From the IMG/VR virus record IMGVR_UViG_3300043788_000040, positions 32,001-96,000 of that record: DNA of 64,000 bases, one strand, 5' to 3'. This document shows, one piece after another, positions 19,460 to 29,964 of this stretch. Source of the DNA: a virus. Positions within the stretch are counted from its first letter, which is position 1, and each line of letters begins with the position of its first letter. Position numbers and translations under genes: made by a program. Below the pieces are notes generated by a model. It worked only from the letters and a program-made list of their open reading frames with translations. It was not told the origin of the DNA and searched no databases.

Positions 19460-19702
19460 ATGTCTTATTACACTGTAGATGTAGATTCCGGGGGGACTTT
19501 AGGAAAGATCAAGTTTATCGAAGAAAAGATTGAACTTGGCGACGTGTTCCCACTGGAGGGTAAGGTATACCGTGTGAACTATGTGCTGATTGCGCACCCT
19601 GTTGGGGCAGCTTTCGGCTCAGAGGAGAGGTACTTGCGCGTCACCGACCTGGGAGCAGGACGCCTTGTCCTTCCAGATGTCCGTGTAGAGGCGAGGGTTT
19701 GA
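19460..19702 (+). CDS. Hypothetical protein
   Basis: GGAGG RBS. Confidence 0.6.
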   Translation: MSYYTVDVDSGGTLGKIKFIEEKIELGDVFPLEGKVYRVNYVLIAHPVGAAFGSEERYLRVTDLGAGRLVLPDVRVEARV

Positions 19703-19950
19703 TGGCAGCTTATACACTCAGCCATAATCAAGGCGGTCGTTTTTACGCCGTGCAGCTTGAGATCGTAGGTTCAGACGGACCCGGCGAAATGGGACAATTG
19801 GACAGCGATCCCCGCAACGCGAGGGTAGGCGACATCATCACTTGCGAACATGGAGTTTACAAAGTCCGTCCCGGTGGCAGGCAGATACTAATCGGTGATG
19901 CCCTTGCTAGTCCTTGCCATCTCAAGGTGGAAAAGGTTGAAAATCTGTAA
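19702..19950 (+). CDS. Hypothetical protein
   Basis: TGATG coupling. Confidence 0.55.
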   Translation: MAAYTLSHNQGGRFYAVQLEIVGSDGPGEMGQLDSDPRNARVGDIITCEHGVYKVRPGGRQILIGDALASPCHLKVEKVENL

Positions 19951-20392
19951 GGATTGTGGGCAGGACGAAACGACGGTGATTTTTCCGAAGAATCGTTTGG
20001 TGTGTCGGGAGTGTTTTAACAAGAAGCTTAAGGCTTACCCCTCTCAACAACGGTCATTCCGCGCACCGTACCTGCGTGACTGGCGCATCAAGAATCCGTT
20101 GAAACAGCGTGAGTACGATCTTCGTGCCAGCTATGATGCGACCCCGGAACAGGTAGATGTGATCCTCGCTTGGGATGGCGGGCCTTGTTCCGCGTGCGGG
20201 AAGCAACTGTTGAAGTTCGGAACGGGGTTGGACGAAGCCTGTATTGACCACGACCATGAGACTGGGTCTTTGCGCGGGATCATTTGCGGAGCCTGCAACA
20301 GGGCGATGGGGCTTGTGAAGGACAGCGTTGAGCATCTGAGGCAGTTGGAAGCCTATTTGCAGGGAGAACGGTTATTCTCATACTGGGCCTAG
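19937..20392 (+). CDS. Endonuclease VII-family (His-Me) endonuclease
   Basis: CSACG..IDHDHETGSLRGIICGACNRAMG. Confidence 0.9.
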   Translation: MKICKDCGQDETTVIFPKNRLVCRECFNKKLKAYPSQQRSFRAPYLRDWRIKNPLKQREYDLRASYDATPEQVDVILAWDGGPCSACGKQLLKFGTGLDEACIDHDHETGSLRGIICGACNRAMGLVKDSVEHLRQLEAYLQGERLFSYWA

Positions 20393-21123
20393 ACTTTGAG
20401 ACGACAGGACTGAACATACCGACCATCGGCGTGACGGAAATCGGTATGGTTCTTTGGGACACAGACCTGAACGCCCCCGTCAAGCTATTCGGCACCCTCG
20501 TTGATCCAGCCCCATACGCCGTGTGGGAGCCGGGCGTTGAAAAGGTCAACGGTCTGACTCGTGAAATCTGCGCCAAGTTCGGCATGGAAGATGAGAAAGC
20601 CCTCAAGACTGTGCTCTCGTGGTATGGGAGCGCGGACGTTGCCTGCGCTCACAACGGCAACGCTTTTGACAAACCCCTGCTTGAAACGTGGGCGACTAGG
20701 TACGGCCTCGATGCCCAGAAGAGTAAAGTTTGGCTTGATACACGGGCAGATTTAGAGCGCCCGCCACGTGATAGCCATCGCCTCGGCTACATGGCGTCGG
20801 ATCACGGATTCCTGAATCCCTTCCCCCACAGAGCTATGTTTGACGTCATGACCATGCTCACAATTCTGACAGCCCGTGACATTTCAAAGGCCCCGCCGAA
20901 GTACGATTTGGACTCCGTCTTGGTTGTGGCAAAGTCTCCGCTTCGTGTTGTGAAAGCTCTGGTTAGCTTTGACCAGAAAGAGGCGGCGAAGACACGGGGC
21001 TACCATCCGATTTACGAAAACGGGAAGTTCAACCGTTGGGAACTTGAGGTCAAGGAATGCAATCTTGAGAAGGAACGTGAGGCGGCTCGCCTCGCGGGAT
21101 TTGAAATCGAGATTATTCGATAA
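20374..21123 (+). CDS. DnaQ-like DEDDh 3'-5' exonuclease (probable ATT start)
   Basis: ExoI GLDFETTGL lies upstream of the track start; AHNGNAFD and HRAMFD motifs. Confidence 0.85.
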   Translation: MLILGLDFETTGLNIPTIGVTEIGMVLWDTDLNAPVKLFGTLVDPAPYAVWEPGVEKVNGLTREICAKFGMEDEKALKTVLSWYGSADVACAHNGNAFDKPLLETWATRYGLDAQKSKVWLDTRADLERPPRDSHRLGYMASDHGFLNPFPHRAMFDVMTMLTILTARDISKAPPKYDLDSVLVVAKSPLRVVKALVSFDQKEAAKTRGYHPIYENGKFNRWELEVKECNLEKEREAARLAGFEIEIIR

Positions 21124-21250
21124 ACCGATTGGTTCAATCAACCTTTTGAATTTGCCAGTGTTAGCTAGAAAACTGGCTTTCTAATCCCCTAATCAAGTGC
21201 TAGTATTTAAGTTGAGACGCACGTCGTGGCGGAAGCCACATTGGGGAAAT

Positions 21251-22729
21251 ATGCAGATCAAAAAATTGCTGTTCGCTGCCTTGATGCTCCTTTTCGTCGC
21301 CGGGACGGCATCCGCCCAATCCCAGCCCTCCCAGTTACCGTTCTTCTTTCCAAAGGGGTTCCACCAGACCTCTGACCCGATCCTTCAAAGGGAAGAGTAC
21401 GTCCGCTGGCTGACTAGCACGTGGAATTGCAACCAAGGCGGTAGCGGTGGCTTCAACATGACGATCCCAGGTTCGGACAGCATCCGCATCCAGACCAACA
21501 CCGTCAGCACCGACAGCGTTACCGAGAACCCAGCCAAGATGACGATGGTCTTTGACCACTACATCAAGCAGGCTGACGGGACGATTCGTTACACCGACCT
21601 GTGCCACACCGAAATCCTTACTCCCGCACAGTTCAAGGTCGTCACTGATGGCTTGCAGAAACAGGCTGTTGACGCGGCTCAGCGTGACTACGACTTCTAC
21701 GTGGTCATCTACGACAAGTCCATTGAAGCACGTGCCGCCAAGCTCGGTATCTCCAAGGCTGATTTGATCAAACAGTTGGATGAAAAGGTCCCCGGCTACA
21801 ACGTGACGTGGCGTGAAGTTCACCGCATCCCGAAGCCGATGCACCCGTCTGACTTCGTCCCCCGTGAACTCCACCTCGGGTTCAACCCTCCGCTGGGCGG
21901 AATCCTCGGCGTGACGTGGCTCAACACCGGAGTCATCTACTACAACCCGGATGCGTGGATCACCGACGCCCTGAACGGCATCCCGAAGGTCATGCAGCAC
22001 GAGGAAGTCCACGGCAACATCAACATCCAGAAGTGGCCCCTCTCGCAGGCGTTTGACGTGGAGCTTATCGCTAGCATTCCCGAGATGTTGTACCCTGAGA
22101 ACCAGACGGACTTCCCGTCACACGGCTACGCCAAAGACATCCGTGAGCTTGCGCAGATTTACTACGGCATGGACTGGGCTGAAATGCAGAGGCAGATCGT
22201 GAAGTTTGACTACGCGGGCAACACCGTGTACGACGACGCAAAGTTCGTGTACTACTACAAGCAGATTGACCAGATCAAAGCCGAGATGATGAAGTTCTTC
22301 ATGGACGTCACCATCCCCGAGTTTGAATCCGACCCAGTCTGGTGGAGTGCCGTGAACGATATACGTGGGGACAGCAACACCGTGTTCCGTGTCACGATGG
22401 CAGACCACTACCAGATTTGCTCACTCGGTGGCTGTGCCGCTTCCAGCGAATGGTTGGAGACGCACAAGGATGAAATCCTAGCAACCGCCCAACGAGCCTT
22501 TACTGCCGGAATCGGCAAGGATCGCAGCAGCGGCAACTTCAACGTGACGCCGTGGATGCTGGAACAATACAACAAGCTGTTTACTCCTGCGGAACAGGTG
22601 AACATTGAGAAGTACTTCCGCCAGCACCCGGAACAGCTTAAGAATCTGCGTACGATGACTCCCGCCGAGGCGGTGGTCTTCATGCAGCGCTTCAAAGTCA
22701 ACTCGCTTGACAAGGTGACAGCACAATGA
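21251..22729 (+). CDS. Secreted protein with HExxH motif (putative metallopeptidase)
   Basis: Signal peptide ending ASA; HEEVH followed by a downstream Glu. Confidence 0.6.
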   Translation: MQIKKLLFAALMLLFVAGTASAQSQPSQLPFFFPKGFHQTSDPILQREEYVRWLTSTWNCNQGGSGGFNMTIPGSDSIRIQTNTVSTDSVTENPAKMTMVFDHYIKQADGTIRYTDLCHTEILTPAQFKVVTDGLQKQAVDAAQRDYDFYVVIYDKSIEARAAKLGISKADLIKQLDEKVPGYNVTWREVHRIPKPMHPSDFVPRELHLGFNPPLGGILGVTWLNTGVIYYNPDAWITDALNGIPKVMQHEEVHGNINIQKWPLSQAFDVELIASIPEMLYPENQTDFPSHGYAKDIRELAQIYYGMDWAEMQRQIVKFDYAGNTVYDDAKFVYYYKQIDQIKAEMMKFFMDVTIPEFESDPVWWSAVNDIRGDSNTVFRVTMADHYQICSLGGCAASSEWLETHKDEILATAQRAFTAGIGKDRSSGNFNVTPWMLEQYNKLFTPAEQVNIEKYFRQHPEQLKNLRTMTPAEAVVFMQRFKVNSLDKVTAQ

Positions 22730-24414
22730 AAATCCAAATCGTAGCCACGCTTCTGCTTTCCGCGCTGCTGGTCGGTTGCGCTCCGCCGTACCGCCAGACG
22801 TTCAACGACGAGGGCAGCCAAAAGGGCTGGACTCAGAAGCAGACCGACGCAGCCTTCGCATACGCTGACCGCATCTTCTGGTCACGTGAGACTGCCGACA
22901 ACAAGTACGTCATCGTCTACGGCAAGGTTCCCGTCTCCAAGGTGCGTGAGCAGCTTGAAGGCACCCTGAAGGATTTGGACGCTTCCCTTGACCCGAAGAA
23001 CAAGGAAATGAAGCAGTACCTTGACACGTTCAATCTGCGTGAAGACGCTAAGCACGACCAAGAGGTCGCACAAGCGATTTATGACCGTCTGCGTGCCGCT
23101 GAACTTCAAACCGCGTTCAAGCAGAAGATGGGCGACATCGCCGAGTACGGCCCGGAAGCCGAAATGGCACAGGGCTACAGCGCCCGCCGCCTCTACGTGG
23201 ACAAGCCGCTCGTTGACGCATTCCCATTCAACTCCGACGTGATTGACGCTGCGAGGAAGGCTGGTACACTCAAGCAGGTCGCCACGCTGACCATTGACCA
23301 GTCCAATCAGTACGATCACAAGGACCCGAACCCGAACAACCCGGATGAGCCGAACGATTTCATCTGGAAGGCACGTAATCAGAAGATGATCCTGACCGAG
23401 TACAAGATCATTGACATTGACAAGCCGCTAGACAACAGGGGCGACTACATTGAAGGCTACCGTGTCGTGGACAACAAGCAGGAACAGTACCCGGCTATCA
23501 GGGTGTTCTTCCCGCCGTCCGGCAGCATGGCTCTTATGCTGATTGACGCTGATGAGAACGGCATGCCAGGATTCGGTGTGCCCGACATCATTCAGGAAAT
23601 TTCTTCGCAGACCAACCTGACCGATTTGATGCAGAACTCCAGCTTGATCAACAGCCTCTTTGACAAGAAGGAAGCTAAGAAAGATCAGACGACTGGACCC
23701 GCACAGCTATTCAAGATTGAAATCGCTCCTCTCGGGGCGAAGGTGGACGAATGGACGAAGTCCGGGGACTCTACCGGATGGATCGTGCCGTTCAAGTACA
23801 CGAACCTCACGGGCGATAACTACAACATCCGTATCAAGTACAAGCCCATCGCGCCAGTTGACATCGCCGCAGGCGAGAACGCTGGTCACAGCCACAGTGA
23901 GTACTTGCAGCTTGAGTACATTGAAAAGGAATACACCAAGACCGGGGACAAGTACACGCCGTCCGCTGGCAGGGTGATTGAGTACTACCGCCCGAAGGGG
24001 GACTTTGCCGGGAAGGTGAAGGCTCAAGTGCTGTACAACGAAGACACCAAGAAACTTCAGTTCCAGTTTGAAGACGGCTCCGTCGTTGAGGGGTTTGTCA
24101 CACCGGGCAAGAACAAGTTCATTGAAGATGCCCCGTATGCCAAGTCCTACAACGAAGGGCAGAAGCGTTACTGGATTGAGTCTTCTAACAACGACGGCAA
24201 GTACGACAAGCGCAAGATCGTCGGGCAGCCCATGCAACAGACGGGACAGTACACCGACAACGAAGCGCAAGCAGCGCAGCCGAATCAGGCAAGCGCCAAC
24301 CCAGACATGGACGAGAACCGCAAGCCGCAAATCAACCTCGGCTGCACGAACCACTTTGACATCTTGAACTCACAGTGGGCTTGCGTGCCGAACTCGGCCC
24401 TACCGAAGCAATAA
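22726..24414 (+). CDS. Lipoprotein of unknown function
   Basis: Lipobox LLVG-C; ATGA coupling to the upstream gene. Confidence 0.7.
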   Translation: MKIQIVATLLLSALLVGCAPPYRQTFNDEGSQKGWTQKQTDAAFAYADRIFWSRETADNKYVIVYGKVPVSKVREQLEGTLKDLDASLDPKNKEMKQYLDTFNLREDAKHDQEVAQAIYDRLRAAELQTAFKQKMGDIAEYGPEAEMAQGYSARRLYVDKPLVDAFPFNSDVIDAARKAGTLKQVATLTIDQSNQYDHKDPNPNNPDEPNDFIWKARNQKMILTEYKIIDIDKPLDNRGDYIEGYRVVDNKQEQYPAIRVFFPPSGSMALMLIDADENGMPGFGVPDIIQEISSQTNLTDLMQNSSLINSLFDKKEAKKDQTTGPAQLFKIEIAPLGAKVDEWTKSGDSTGWIVPFKYTNLTGDNYNIRIKYKPIAPVDIAAGENAGHSHSEYLQLEYIEKEYTKTGDKYTPSAGRVIEYYRPKGDFAGKVKAQVLYNEDTKKLQFQFEDGSVVEGFVTPGKNKFIEDAPYAKSYNEGQKRYWIESSNNDGKYDKRKIVGQPMQQTGQYTDNEAQAAQPNQASANPDMDENRKPQINLGCTNHFDILNSQWACVPNSALPKQ

Positions 24415-24648
24415 TACTTTCCGCCCTATGGCATAGGAGCGGAACATGACACCACTGCTTATGTATGCCGCCTTCGCTGGCGGAATGGGTTGGGGAATTA
24501 GTAAGAAAAGGTGGGGCGTGGCTGCATTTTTCGGGGCTATGCTTGTCTGGATGATTGTCGTTCAGCTTGCCGTCGCTCTCATGTCAAGTCACGCGGGCGT
24601 CTCGCTCTAAACCCGTATTGAAAACCCTAAACTGGCGTATTAAGAGGC

Positions 24649-25554
24649 ATGCCTCGCGCCGTCAAAGTCAAAGAGCCTATCCCTCTTTTGTTTCCTGACC
24701 CGAACCCACGCATCAAGCGCTGGATGATTCTCGGTCTTGACCCGTCCGTATCCCGAACTGGATTCGCATTGCTTGATGTTCGCCCCGCACTCGCACACAC
24801 TCCTGAAGAAGGTCCATACACCGACGCGAGATGGCTTGCTGCTGGCTCCGCCAAACCTGACAAGATTGATGACGACCTGCTTGACGCACGCACGACGGTG
24901 TGGATTCGTGCTAAGGCAGTCGCTCTGTATCTTCGGGAAGTCATCAAGTCCGTTGCACCACCAAAGAAAGAGGCGGACAACCCTTATGGCGATTTTGAAC
25001 CGGGACACCCAAAATCCGATGTGGGTCTCATCGTCTCCATGGAATACCCAACACCCAACAACGACTACCTTTGGTCAATGAACAGAATCATCAACCTTGT
25101 CCTGTTTGACGACAGCGAGGTCGCCGAGTCATTCGGTGAAGTCAGGATTATGCTGACCAATGCGAGCACGCTCCGTTCACTGATGGGGTTGACCCAGCGG
25201 GGCAACCAGAACAAGGGCGAGAACATCCTGAAGGCGTACGAGTTCATTGACAGGAAGCGGTTCCCACAGCTTGACTCTGACGCTTGCGACGCGATCCTGC
25301 TGTGCATGATGGGGCGGCATGCGGCCTCCATCACGCTGGGCACCAAAGAAGAAGTACCGGAACGCTTCCTGACCAGCATGTGCAACGCCACGCAGGAGAA
25401 CAAGGGCAAGGGGCGCAACGCCTATGTCCGCACGAAGGGGCAGCTTCACAGGACGGAGTACTGGTACAAGTACGAACGCCGCAGCTATGCGGTCGCCGTC
25501 AAGGATGCTTCTAATCCGAAAAAGAACCTGAGTCGGGTCAATTTCAGTATCTAG
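24649..25554 (+). CDS. RuvC-like Holliday junction resolvase
   Basis: ILGLDPSVSRTGFA, SMEYP, DSDACDA. Confidence 0.75.
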   Translation: MPRAVKVKEPIPLLFPDPNPRIKRWMILGLDPSVSRTGFALLDVRPALAHTPEEGPYTDARWLAAGSAKPDKIDDDLLDARTTVWIRAKAVALYLREVIKSVAPPKKEADNPYGDFEPGHPKSDVGLIVSMEYPTPNNDYLWSMNRIINLVLFDDSEVAESFGEVRIMLTNASTLRSLMGLTQRGNQNKGENILKAYEFIDRKRFPQLDSDACDAILLCMMGRHAASITLGTKEEVPERFLTSMCNATQENKGKGRNAYVRTKGQLHRTEYWYKYERRSYAVAVKDASNPKKNLSRVNFSI

Positions 25555-25610
25555 GTAGAGAGTCGCAAGCCCCGACCTGAGGGTCATACGGCACTGACTC
25601 TGGAGAGCAA

Positions 25611-26891
25611 ATGGCAAAACCAACGAAGCCTACCCCGAAGTCTGCGGATACTCGCAATCTATCAGTTGCAAAGCGCCGCGAAATGTTCCTTGCAGCCCGC
25701 AAGGGAGAAAAACCAGATTATCAAGTCCTCACAGCGGATTTCGTGGACGACCTCGTTCCCTACGATCTGATCACGTTTGACAGCGTGCTCGGACTGGGCG
25801 GCGTCAAGCGCCACGGTTTCGTGTCTCAGGTACACGGCGACGAAGGTGTCGGCAAGTCCACGCTGACGTATCAGATCGCTGCGAACTATCAGAAGCGCAC
25901 GGGCGAGCCGCTGGGCGTGTTTGACTTTGAAGGCACGGGCACACCCGCCTACTTGGAAAAGATCGGCTGCGATATGGAGATGGTACAGTTCATCCAGCCG
26001 GACTGCATGGAAGACGCAGTGAACGACACGCTTGAGTTGATTGACCAAGGCTGCCGCTTCTTCATCTACGACTCAATTCCGTGGATCAACATGCTGGTAG
26101 ACCGCAAGGACATCAAGAGCGGCAAGGCTTTCCGTGCCAGCTACGGTAAGCACGCACAGACCATGGACAAGTTCTTCAAGACTCTACACCCTTACGTCAA
26201 GCGAGCCGACGGCCACATGATGATGGTCAACCAGACCCGCTCCCGCATTGACAACAGCCGTGAAGCGGAATACGCCAACGATTACAGCTACACCAACAAG
26301 ACCTACCAACTTCCTGGCGGACGCATCTGCCGCTTCACTCCGTCCACGATGATTGAGATGCGCATGGTCAAGGCAGTCACGCCATACGACGGTCGTGATG
26401 GGCAGGGGCCAGACAAAGATGCTTGGATCGTTGACCCGGAGACCGAGGCAAATGCCGGGAACCCGTGCGTCAACCGTGTGCGTGTTCGTTCGCTCAAGAA
26501 CAAGGTCACTGGCGCAGGCTTCCGTGAAGGTCACATCTGGGTTCGCCCAGCCACGCACGTCATGCCGGGCATTGACAATCTGATGAGCATTCGGGAACTT
26601 GCCCGTGAGTATGGCTTCATCTTCAACAAGGGCGCAAAGTGGATCGTCGGCGACCCGGACACGGACAACGTCATCACGACGTACCCGAACAAGGACGCTG
26701 GCATCACGGATTTGGTCGTGAACCGCAACCCCGAAGTCCACGCCAAACTGAATGATCTGCTCTCGGCGAAGATCAAGTCAGATACCACGGGACGTCACAG
26801 CACGGTTGTCACCAAGGAAGAAATTGACATGATTGAGGGTGACGACACGGCCGTGGTAGGGAAGGGTTTTGATGTCGAAGAAGCCGAGTAA
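25611..26891 (+). CDS. RecA/UvsX-like recombinase
   Basis: GDEGVGKST, FDFEG, YDSI, NQTR, PGG, KNKV. Confidence 0.9.
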   Translation: MAKPTKPTPKSADTRNLSVAKRREMFLAARKGEKPDYQVLTADFVDDLVPYDLITFDSVLGLGGVKRHGFVSQVHGDEGVGKSTLTYQIAANYQKRTGEPLGVFDFEGTGTPAYLEKIGCDMEMVQFIQPDCMEDAVNDTLELIDQGCRFFIYDSIPWINMLVDRKDIKSGKAFRASYGKHAQTMDKFFKTLHPYVKRADGHMMMVNQTRSRIDNSREAEYANDYSYTNKTYQLPGGRICRFTPSTMIEMRMVKAVTPYDGRDGQGPDKDAWIVDPETEANAGNPCVNRVRVRSLKNKVTGAGFREGHIWVRPATHVMPGIDNLMSIRELAREYGFIFNKGAKWIVGDPDTDNVITTYPNKDAGITDLVVNRNPEVHAKLNDLLSAKIKSDTTGRHSTVVTKEEIDMIEGDDTAVVGKGFDVEEAE

Positions 26892-27129
26892 ACCCGAAGG
26901 GGCTGCGGCTCCGAAGAAACGTAAGAAGAAGGAGTCCGTCCAATTCGCGGGGCGCAGGGACGGCGTCATGAAGCTCTTCAAGACCGAGAATGAAGCCTTC
27001 GAGTACGCCGAGCCGAACTCAACCATCGCGTCGTACAAGACGACCAACGGAACCGACTTTGACTTCGTAGCTGTTGTGGGCATCAAAACGAGCGCGGATC
27101 GGATCGGGAGAATCCTGCAACATGGGTGA
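26872..27129 (+). CDS. Hypothetical protein
   Basis: Small ORF in operon. Confidence 0.6.
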   Translation: MSKKPSKPEGAAAPKKRKKKESVQFAGRRDGVMKLFKTENEAFEYAEPNSTIASYKTTNGTDFDFVAVVGIKTSADRIGRILQHG

Positions 27130-27379
27130 TGAAAAATATCGTCTTACCGAAGAAGGCGCTCAAGAAGCGGTCACGATCTTGGAGCGCACCGGATTCCTAC
27201 CGGAAGCCACGGAGGATGAAGACATCAACACCCTACAACTCATGGCTGCTTGTACAAAGTACATTGACGCGTCCCGTGCCAAGGGAGACAAGCGGACAGA
27301 GTTAGAATGTCAGGACGCTCTGATCGTAGCTTATTTTGAGGCGTTCCTCAAAGCCCTCGTGCGTCGGATCGTGAATTGA
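27122..27379 (+). CDS. Hypothetical protein
   Basis: GGAG RBS. Confidence 0.6.
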   Translation: MGDEKYRLTEEGAQEAVTILERTGFLPEATEDEDINTLQLMAACTKYIDASRAKGDKRTELECQDALIVAYFEAFLKALVRRIVN

Positions 27380-27392
27380 GTATTAGTCCCCT

Positions 27393-28667
27393 GTGAGACT
27401 TTCAGGCAAAAATCTGCAAAGCTGGGCTGCGTTTGACGTGGAGATCAACGGGCTGACCGTGGTCACTGGCCCGTCGGATGTCGGCAAGAGCGCCTTGTTT
27501 CGTGCTCTGAAGGGCGTGCTCCGCAACGAGCTTCCCGCAGAGTGGGTGCGTGACGGTCAAGACGAACCGATGGAAGTGACTGTAGAGGTTGACGGACACA
27601 AGATTTCCGCCAGGCGCAAACGCAAGGGGTCAACCACATACGTCATTGACGGCAAGGACTTCGCCAAGCTCGCTGGGGGAATGCCCGAAGACCTTGCTAA
27701 GATGAAGTTCAGTGAAGTCGTCATCGGCGACTTCGACTTCGATCCAATCTTTGGCAGGCAGAACAGCGCACAGTTTCTTATTGATCCACTGACTTACAAA
27801 CCCACAGAGGTCAACGCGATCCTCGGAGCATTCGGCGGGACGGAGAAACTAGAACATGGAAAGAAGGAAGCCAATCTTCGCAAGACGCAGAAGGACGCGG
27901 AAGCCCGCACTATTGCCACGCAAATCAGAGACTCCGAAGAACGTCGAGCCAAGCTCACCGACATGCAGCTTATCGGTGACCAAACCGCCAGCATCCTGAT
28001 AGACCTTGAGAGGGATGTCCGGGGGCTGGAATCCGAGGCTCACTGGTTAGCGGAGACCGCCCGGTATCGTCAGGAAATCGTCAGGTATCGTCAGATTTTG
28101 GACGCTTTCGTCCTGCCCGACATAGCGGGGCTGGAACTGGAATACCGCCTAGCTCACTTCGCGGAGCAGGCTGCGGAGTCTAACGCCTTCGCCAGATGGC
28201 TATCCAAGCCCATTGCGACCCTTTCCAGCGCATCCGCCTTCTGGGATGACGTCAGACGCCTGCAAGGCGAGATCGTGGCTCTGGAGACCGCCCAGAAGAC
28301 CAGGCGGCAGGCGGAGTGGCTTTCGGGCACGGCTGCATCACTTGAGGTCGGCACCGGGTGGGCAGACGCCCGCCGCCTCTGGAACGAGATCGTCGCCTTG
28401 GAAAACACCGCGGCGGCAGGCAGGCATATCGTATCCACGGACAAGCTCAAGTCCTCCCTGTCCGGGGTTGACACGACCTTTAACGAGGCAGTCCTGCTTT
28501 GGAACAGTATTAAGCGTCTAGAAGCTCTCAGTGCGTTGCTGGGGGAACTAAAGGTTTCGGTTGAGAGACTCGCCGGGGTTGAAGCGGAACTCTCAGCAGC
28601 GCAAGCTGAGCTTCAGAAGGGGTTATGTCCTAAGTGCGGAAAGCCTTTGGGACACCAGTGCGCATGA
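27393..28667 (+). CDS. SbcC/Rad50-like ATPase, N-terminal half ending at the zinc hook
   Basis: KNLQS, TGPSDVGKS Walker A, Q-loop, coiled coil, terminal CPKCG. Confidence 0.8.
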   Translation: MRLSGKNLQSWAAFDVEINGLTVVTGPSDVGKSALFRALKGVLRNELPAEWVRDGQDEPMEVTVEVDGHKISARRKRKGSTTYVIDGKDFAKLAGGMPEDLAKMKFSEVVIGDFDFDPIFGRQNSAQFLIDPLTYKPTEVNAILGAFGGTEKLEHGKKEANLRKTQKDAEARTIATQIRDSEERRAKLTDMQLIGDQTASILIDLERDVRGLESEAHWLAETARYRQEIVRYRQILDAFVLPDIAGLELEYRLAHFAEQAAESNAFARWLSKPIATLSSASAFWDDVRRLQGEIVALETAQKTRRQAEWLSGTAASLEVGTGWADARRLWNEIVALENTAAAGRHIVSTDKLKSSLSGVDTTFNEAVLLWNSIKRLEALSALLGELKVSVERLAGVEAELSAAQAELQKGLCPKCGKPLGHQCA

Positions 28668-28963
28668 GCGAAGTCACACAAGAAACACTGAAAGAAATCC
28701 AAGCCCGAGTCAAGAAGCTTCAGGGCACCCGCGACGAGATTATCGGGACCTTCAAGGTTCAGGAATCCAAAAGGGACGAGGCTTATGCTAAACTGAGAGA
28801 GTTGGGGATTGAGACCCCGGAGAAGATGTCCTCCAAAGAACTCCAAGCCCTAGCCGATCAGAAGCGGGGAGAACTTTCGGAAAAGATCGCTGCCCTGCTT
28901 GAGCAGCTTGCGCAGGGCGAGAAACTGATTGAACAATACAGAGAGTTACAACAGGAGAATTAA
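28664..28963 (+). CDS. Coiled-coil protein
   Basis: ATGA coupling; heptad pattern. Confidence 0.7.
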   Translation: MSEVTQETLKEIQARVKKLQGTRDEIIGTFKVQESKRDEAYAKLRELGIETPEKMSSKELQALADQKRGELSEKIAALLEQLAQGEKLIEQYRELQQEN

Positions 28964-28964
28964 C

Positions 28965-29534
28965 ATGGCAACAGTTCCAATGTCTCACCCAGCCACAGCG
29001 CAGAAGAACTCTGACGGCACGTGGTCTGTCCGTATCCAGCACACCATTGAAGGCTCCATCACCACGGTGGAATTCACGAACACGCTCTTCGCCGAGGTTC
29101 TGGCGAAAGCCTATGCTGACGTGCTGAACGGCAAGGCTGCCGTTGAAGCCAAGCTCGGGCAGATCGCTACCGATCTCGGTCCGGCTGTGACCGATGTCAA
29201 GGCGGACGTGAAGCAGATCATCGCCGACGCCCAAGCCGAGGCACAGAAGCTCATCACTGCGGCAAAGACCGAAGCCGGGAAGATCAAGGCTGACGCCACC
29301 ACGCTCGTGCAGTCCGCCGAGGCAGAAGCCGTGACGCTGAAGGAAGAAGCTGGAAAGGCTTTGACCGCTGCGAAGACCGAAGCCGAGAAGCTCCTGACCG
29401 AAGCCCGCACCGAGGCCTCCAAGATTCTCCATATCGCAGCCTCAAAGGTTGAACCGACCCCGGCTGCTCCGGTAACTCCCGCAACTCCCGTCGCGACCGA
29501 GGCCCCAAAGCCCCCGGTTGTTGAGGAAGAATAA
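28965..29534 (+). CDS. Ala-rich coiled-coil repeat protein
   Basis: 11-residue AKTEA-type repeats; AGGAG RBS. Confidence 0.7.
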   Translation: MATVPMSHPATAQKNSDGTWSVRIQHTIEGSITTVEFTNTLFAEVLAKAYADVLNGKAAVEAKLGQIATDLGPAVTDVKADVKQIIADAQAEAQKLITAAKTEAGKIKADATTLVQSAEAEAVTLKEEAGKALTAAKTEAEKLLTEARTEASKILHIAASKVEPTPAAPVTPATPVATEAPKPPVVEEE

Positions 29535-29568
29535 CCAGTTTTCTTGAGAAATTCCCGTATTGTAGTGC

Positions 29569-29964
29569 ATGAGCCACTACGGGCGACTTGTGTATTTTGC
29601 AAGCCCACTGACACATCCCGATGCCGCAGTCAGGCTGGAACGGTCAGTGGCGGTCGCACGTGCCTGCGGTTGGTTCATGAACAACAAGCGTGAGATATTC
29701 TTTTTCTCTCCCATAACCCACGCCCACACCATAGCCATGGAGTGCTCACTTCCGTACGAGTGGCAGTTCTGGGCCGAAATTGATGAGTGCATGCTTTCAA
29801 GGTGTGAGGAGATTTGGGTGCTCTGCATCCCCGGATTTAAGAAGTCCACTGGCGTGAACGCGGAGCGGAAGATTGCTGAGCGTCTCGGTTTGCCATGCAG
29901 GTTCGTGATCCCACAGCCGGACGGTTCTTACGTCGTCTCGGATACGGAGCCGGAAGATGTGTGA
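29569..29964 (+). CDS. DUF1937-like (NDT-fold) protein
   Basis: VYFASPLTHPD..FSPITHAH..STGVNAE. Confidence 0.75.
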   Translation: MSHYGRLVYFASPLTHPDAAVRLERSVAVARACGWFMNNKREIFFFSPITHAHTIAMECSLPYEWQFWAEIDECMLSRCEEIWVLCIPGFKKSTGVNAERKIAERLGLPCRFVIPQPDGSYVVSDTEPEDV

